In this document: in pieces, positions 54,996-58,519 of the stretch
Layout: every line of letters begins with the position of its first letter
Numbering within the stretch: the first letter of the stretch is position 1
Origin: Candidatus Acidiferrales bacterium
GTDB lineage: Bacteria > Patescibacteriota > Microgenomatia > Levybacterales > UBA12049
Direction: 5' to 3'
NCBI GenBank assembly: GCA_035533875.1
Contig: DATLSZ010000033.1
Span: forward strand, 1 to 58,519
DNA: 58,519 bases
Notes under the pieces: model-generated
What the model was told of the DNA's origin: nothing
Seen by the model: only the letters and a program-made list of their open reading frames with translations
Databases searched by the model: none
Position numbers and translations under genes: made by a program

Positions 54996-57647
54996 ATGGC
55001 ACAAAAACTGCTTTCTAAAAAATATGTTTTTATCGGGTTAGGATTGATCGCGCTATTCGGCATTGCCTTTATCAGTTACAATGGCGCACAAATCAGCAAG
55101 ACTCCTCCCACTGCTCCTTCATCAAGAACATTTCAACCAAAAACGGCTACAATGCCCAAACCGGTTAAAGACAAACCCGTCACCGGACAGATTATTGTAA
55201 AATTTAAGCCGCAATATACGTCAGCGCAAATCAATGATCACCTCAAGCAATATCACGCGAGTATCATCAAGACAATTGAAGGCATCAATCAGACCGTTGT
55301 GAAAGTTCCTGCAGGGCAAGAAGATACAATAATACAACAGTTGGCATCCGATCCGTATGTACAGACTTCTCAGCGGGATTATACCACTCATGCATTTTTT
55401 GTGCCCAATGATCCGCAATTTGGGACGCAATACGCATTTAACAATAATGGTCAATCAGTGCAGGGACAAAATGGATCGCCGCATGCAGACATTGGTATTG
55501 AATCTGCATGGGATGTTACCCGCGGCAACGGGGTAAAAGTCGCCATTCTTGATACCGGCATCAATCTCAATCATCCCGATCTTGCCGGCAAAGTAATCGT
55601 ACAAAAATCATTTATCTCATCAAGTGTTGAAGACGGCAATGGACATGGTACCCATGTCGCAGGTATCCTTGCAGCGGATACAAATAATGGTATCGGCGTT
55701 GCTGGCACCTGCCCCGGATGCAAATTGATTATCGGAAAAATCCTCGATGATACCGGTACCGGGACAACATCAGACGCGACCGCAGGCATCACATGGGCAG
55801 CGGATCAGGGAGCAAAAATAATCAATTTGAGCCTCGGAACAAATGATGTCCAAACCGCATCCCTTTACAATCAAGCAGTTGCGTATGCAATGCAGAAAGG
55901 AGCTGTTGTCGTTGCTGCCGCGGGAAACGATGGTTCAACGCAGTTCTCCTACCCCGCCGCTGCCAATGGTGTGGTATCAGTTGCCGGAACAGATAATAAC
56001 GACAAAAAAGCCAGCTGGTCTGATTTCGGCTCGTGGGTAAAGATTGCCGCTCCTGGGAAAAATATTCTTTCAACAGCCCCAACTCATACGTTTCAGCTTG
56101 AACCGTTTGGCTATAACACCTCAGTGCCCTATATGTATCTTTCAGGAACTTCAATGTCCGGACCGTATGTCGCAGGCGTAGCCGCACTTGTTTCAACAAC
56201 ACAATATGGAACAACTCCTCAAGCAATTATCAATCGCTTATACGCAACTGCAGATAAAATAGGCGGCACCGGCACATTCTGGGTAAATGGAAGGGTCGAC
56301 GCAGCAAAAGCAGTAGGGCCTGCTCCTACCGCGGTTCCAAACACCAGTACGCTTATCACACCCACCCTTTTTTGTGTCGGCGGAGCCGGCGTACCACCTT
56401 GTGCAACAATCCCACCAGGAGTATCAACAGTACCTCCTGCCTCAGGAGGTAGCGGTGGGACAAACCCTTCGGGCACAGCTGCTTCTCCCGCAGTCAGCGG
56501 TGGAGCCAATCCGTCAGCATCACCGTTTCCTGAAACGAATACAAGCCCCAGTCCCGCAGTAAGCGGCACTCCAAGTAATGGCAGTAATCTCGCTTGTACA
56601 AATATCCAAATCAAAAATGCATTTTATAATCTTGCCAATCAACAGACAAAATCCAAAACCAAAAGCGCAGAAAAGGTACATATAAAATGTCACTCCGGCA
56701 GCAAGAAAGGCAAAGGCGGAGGCGGCGACAATGACGATAATCCAAATCCCAATGGAGGATGGCTAAGTAAATTTATTGGCTTCCTGCTCCAGCTTCTGCA
56801 GCAGCTCCTGCAGTTGATCCAGCAGTGCACGGGGCAAACGCCAGGAGGTACCCCAGCACCATCAGTAAGTCCATCGGTGTCGAACTCACCGTCTGGGGTT
56901 TCTCCATCAGTGGCGGTACCGTCGGTCTCTCAAACCCCTTCTACAAACCCTTCAAATCCTGCACCGACGAGCTCAACGACTTCTTCTTCCTGTACGAATC
57001 CCACTCATGTCATCCCGATGAATCCATCCAATCCGCAGGACGGCATCACCATCGGTAATTTTTATCTCACGAATGATACCTGGAATGCATCAAAATATCA
57101 GGTCTCGCAAACGCTCTCTATCTGTAACTATAATAACTGGTATGTGACTGCTACGATGAACAATAACAGTGGTGACGGAGCGGTCAAAACATATCCGAAT
57201 GTCCACGAAGACTTTAACAATTCTCCCAAGATTAGTTCGTTCCACACAATAGCAAGTAGTTTTGCAGAAAGCGGTCCCCACGTCGGTATCTATGAATTCG
57301 CCTACGATATGTGGCTCAACGGCGTTGCGGGCGGCGGTTCAACAGAAGTCATGATATGGAATGATAACTTCGGACAAACCCCCAGTGGATCGCAACAGGC
57401 AACATTTACGGACAGCGGACAAACATATAAAGTATATAAATCAGGCAGTTATATTGCATTCGTTGATAACTCGAACGTTACTTCAGGAACGGTCAATCTT
57501 CTGAACTTTTTTAACTTTATCATCTCAAAGGGATGGATTCCTTCAACATCGACTATCGGGCAAATAGACTATGGCGCAGAACTGGTATCTACGAACAATA
57601 CCCCTGCTACATTCAAAGTCACCAACTTCTCCCTCACTGCTAACTAA
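54996..57647 (+). CDS. Membrane-anchored S8 subtilase - P/S/T linker - GH12-like glycoside hydrolase fusion
   Basis: Triad D186 (ILDTG), H217 (HGTHVAG), S386 (GTSMS); GH12 motifs ND.WN, VKTYPN, YD.W, EVMIW (E784) and GAE (E862). Confidence 0.85.
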   Translation: MAQKLLSKKYVFIGLGLIALFGIAFISYNGAQISKTPPTAPSSRTFQPKTATMPKPVKDKPVTGQIIVKFKPQYTSAQINDHLKQYHASIIKTIEGINQTVVKVPAGQEDTIIQQLASDPYVQTSQRDYTTHAFFVPNDPQFGTQYAFNNNGQSVQGQNGSPHADIGIESAWDVTRGNGVKVAILDTGINLNHPDLAGKVIVQKSFISSSVEDGNGHGTHVAGILAADTNNGIGVAGTCPGCKLIIGKILDDTGTGTTSDATAGITWAADQGAKIINLSLGTNDVQTASLYNQAVAYAMQKGAVVVAAAGNDGSTQFSYPAAANGVVSVAGTDNNDKKASWSDFGSWVKIAAPGKNILSTAPTHTFQLEPFGYNTSVPYMYLSGTSMSGPYVAGVAALVSTTQYGTTPQAIINRLYATADKIGGTGTFWVNGRVDAAKAVGPAPTAVPNTSTLITPTLFCVGGAGVPPCATIPPGVSTVPPASGGSGGTNPSGTAASPAVSGGANPSASPFPETNTSPSPAVSGTPSNGSNLACTNIQIKNAFYNLANQQTKSKTKSAEKVHIKCHSGSKKGKGGGGDNDDNPNPNGGWLSKFIGFLLQLLQQLLQLIQQCTGQTPGGTPAPSVSPSVSNSPSGVSPSVAVPSVSQTPSTNPSNPAPTSSTTSSSCTNPTHVIPMNPSNPQDGITIGNFYLTNDTWNASKYQVSQTLSICNYNNWYVTATMNNNSGDGAVKTYPNVHEDFNNSPKISSFHTIASSFAESGPHVGIYEFAYDMWLNGVAGGGSTEVMIWNDNFGQTPSGSQQATFTDSGQTYKVYKSGSYIAFVDNSNVTSGTVNLLNFFNFIISKGWIPSTSTIGQIDYGAELVSTNNTPATFKVTNFSLTAN

Positions 57648-57674
57648 AACAAACATATAAGCATATGAAAAAGT

Positions 57675-57743
57675 GAGGAACAAATTTTTTTCGCAGGAAG
57701 AAAGGCCGGGTCCGGTTTCAAGAAAAAATTTTGTTCTGAACGC
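57675..57743. repeat. Paired palindromic element, copy B (upstream of guaA)
   Basis: GAGGAACAAATTTTTTTCGCAG...TTCAAGAAAAAATTTTGTTCTGAACG. Confidence 0.8.
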
Positions 57744-57809
57744 TTTCAAACCCCGAATTGTTACACAAACGTATTGACGAAATGCATTTTGCCTCTATAA
57801 TATAAGTAC

Positions 57810-58519
57810 ATGATCCTCATAGTCGATTTTGGTTCGCAGACTGCTCACCTCATCGGCAGACGATTGCGGCAAATTGGCGCAAAAACAGCATACACAAACC
57901 CTGAAGACGCACTTTCCGAAATAAAGAAGCAAAAACCAAATGGTATCGTCTTATCCGGCGGACCGGATTCAGTATACGCAGAAGGCGCACCAACGGTCTC
58001 AAAAGATATTTTTAGCCTCGGTATCCCGATACTCGGTATCTGCTATGGCTGGCAGTTAATGGCGAAGCTTCTCGGTGCAAGTGTTAAAAATACCGCAAAA
58101 GAATACGGACCGGAAAAAGTTACTGTTGTAAAACCCCTCGGTATCCTGAGCAAACTCCCCAAAAAACAATTTACTGCCATCGTTTCTCACGGAGATACTG
58201 TTATGTCATTGCCTGAGGGATTTGTCAAAACCGCAACAACGCAGCAGGTCGAGTTTACTGGGGTACAAAATATTGCAAAACATTTATATGGCATTCAATT
58301 TCATCCGGAAGCACATCATACAGAATGTGGACTTTCGGTTTTACAAAACTTCGCAGCAATTTGTAAAGAAGAACTTGAACCAACAGTTCTCGATCCGGAA
58401 AAAATTATTGCGGATATTAAAAAAACTGTCGGCAATAAGAAAGTAATCTGCGCAGTTTCCGGCGGGGTTGATTCAACAGTCGCCGCTTTTCTTATCGGAA
58501 AAGCTATAGGGAAAAATCT
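57810..58519 (+). CDS. guaA: GMP synthase (glutamine-hydrolysing), 5' part; runs off the window end
   Basis: ILIVDFGSQ, LSGGP.SVY, LGICYG.Q, SHGD, QFHPE..HT and AVSGGVDSTV motifs. Confidence 0.95.
   Translation, partial: MILIVDFGSQTAHLIGRRLRQIGAKTAYTNPEDALSEIKKQKPNGIVLSGGPDSVYAEGAPTVSKDIFSLGIPILGICYGWQLMAKLLGASVKNTAKEYGPEKVTVVKPLGILSKLPKKQFTAIVSHGDTVMSLPEGFVKTATTQQVEFTGVQNIAKHLYGIQFHPEAHHTECGLSVLQNFAAICKEELEPTVLDPEKIIADIKKTVGNKKVICAVSGGVDSTVAAFLIGKAIGKN

Noticed and set aside
45680-57810. Purine riboswitch upstream of guaB, purA or guaA
   Set aside because: The promoters sit 5-12 nt from the start codons, leaving no room for an aptamer, and no purine-riboswitch consensus was seen.
969-58446. 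Numerous short opposite-strand or nested ORFs in the track (for example 2641, 14326, 41275, 46912, 52758, 56219)
   Set aside because: They are shadows of well-supported genes, with no motifs or independent promoters.

Overview
A 58.5 kb chromosomal segment, probably from a Patescibacteria/CPR (Microgenomates-like) bacterium. The taxonomy is inferred from gene style and needs a 16S or marker-gene search. It starts with the 5' end, promoter and leader of a 16S rRNA gene on the minus strand. Housekeeping genes include topA, dprA, mreB/mreC/mreD/mrdA, def, fmt, rpmB, rpmG and four tRNAs. Biosynthetic modules unusual for CPR are present: a split MetE plus MTHFR-like operon and a GAF Met-sulfoxide reductase, each behind a near-identical SAM-I-like riboswitch; nadA/nadC and a nadB-nrtR fusion around an NrtR-type operator; thrC; guaB, purA and a partial guaA. 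The strongest novel signal lies directly downstream of tRNA-Trp (about 29.0-38.4 kb). It is a tandem array of 1-2-gene cargo modules, each bounded by a degenerate copy of the tRNA-Trp 3' end (core CCCCTGCTG). Conserved flanks carry an antisense coding remnant and, in two cases, a built-in leaderless promoter. No integrase is in the window. Other points of interest: four large orphan proteins with disordered G/R/S/E-rich leaders (three with kinase-like, carbonic-anhydrase-like or HExxH motifs), a subtilase-GH12 fusion, a flippase-acetyltransferase fusion, a fluoride riboswitch on a cation:proton antiporter, a candidate rod-shaped ncRNA, non-canonical tRNA T-loops, a paired element upstream of guaA and guaB, short-unit repeats inside conserved CDSs, and pervasive leaderless promoters. 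All calls come from reading the sequence; no searches were run.
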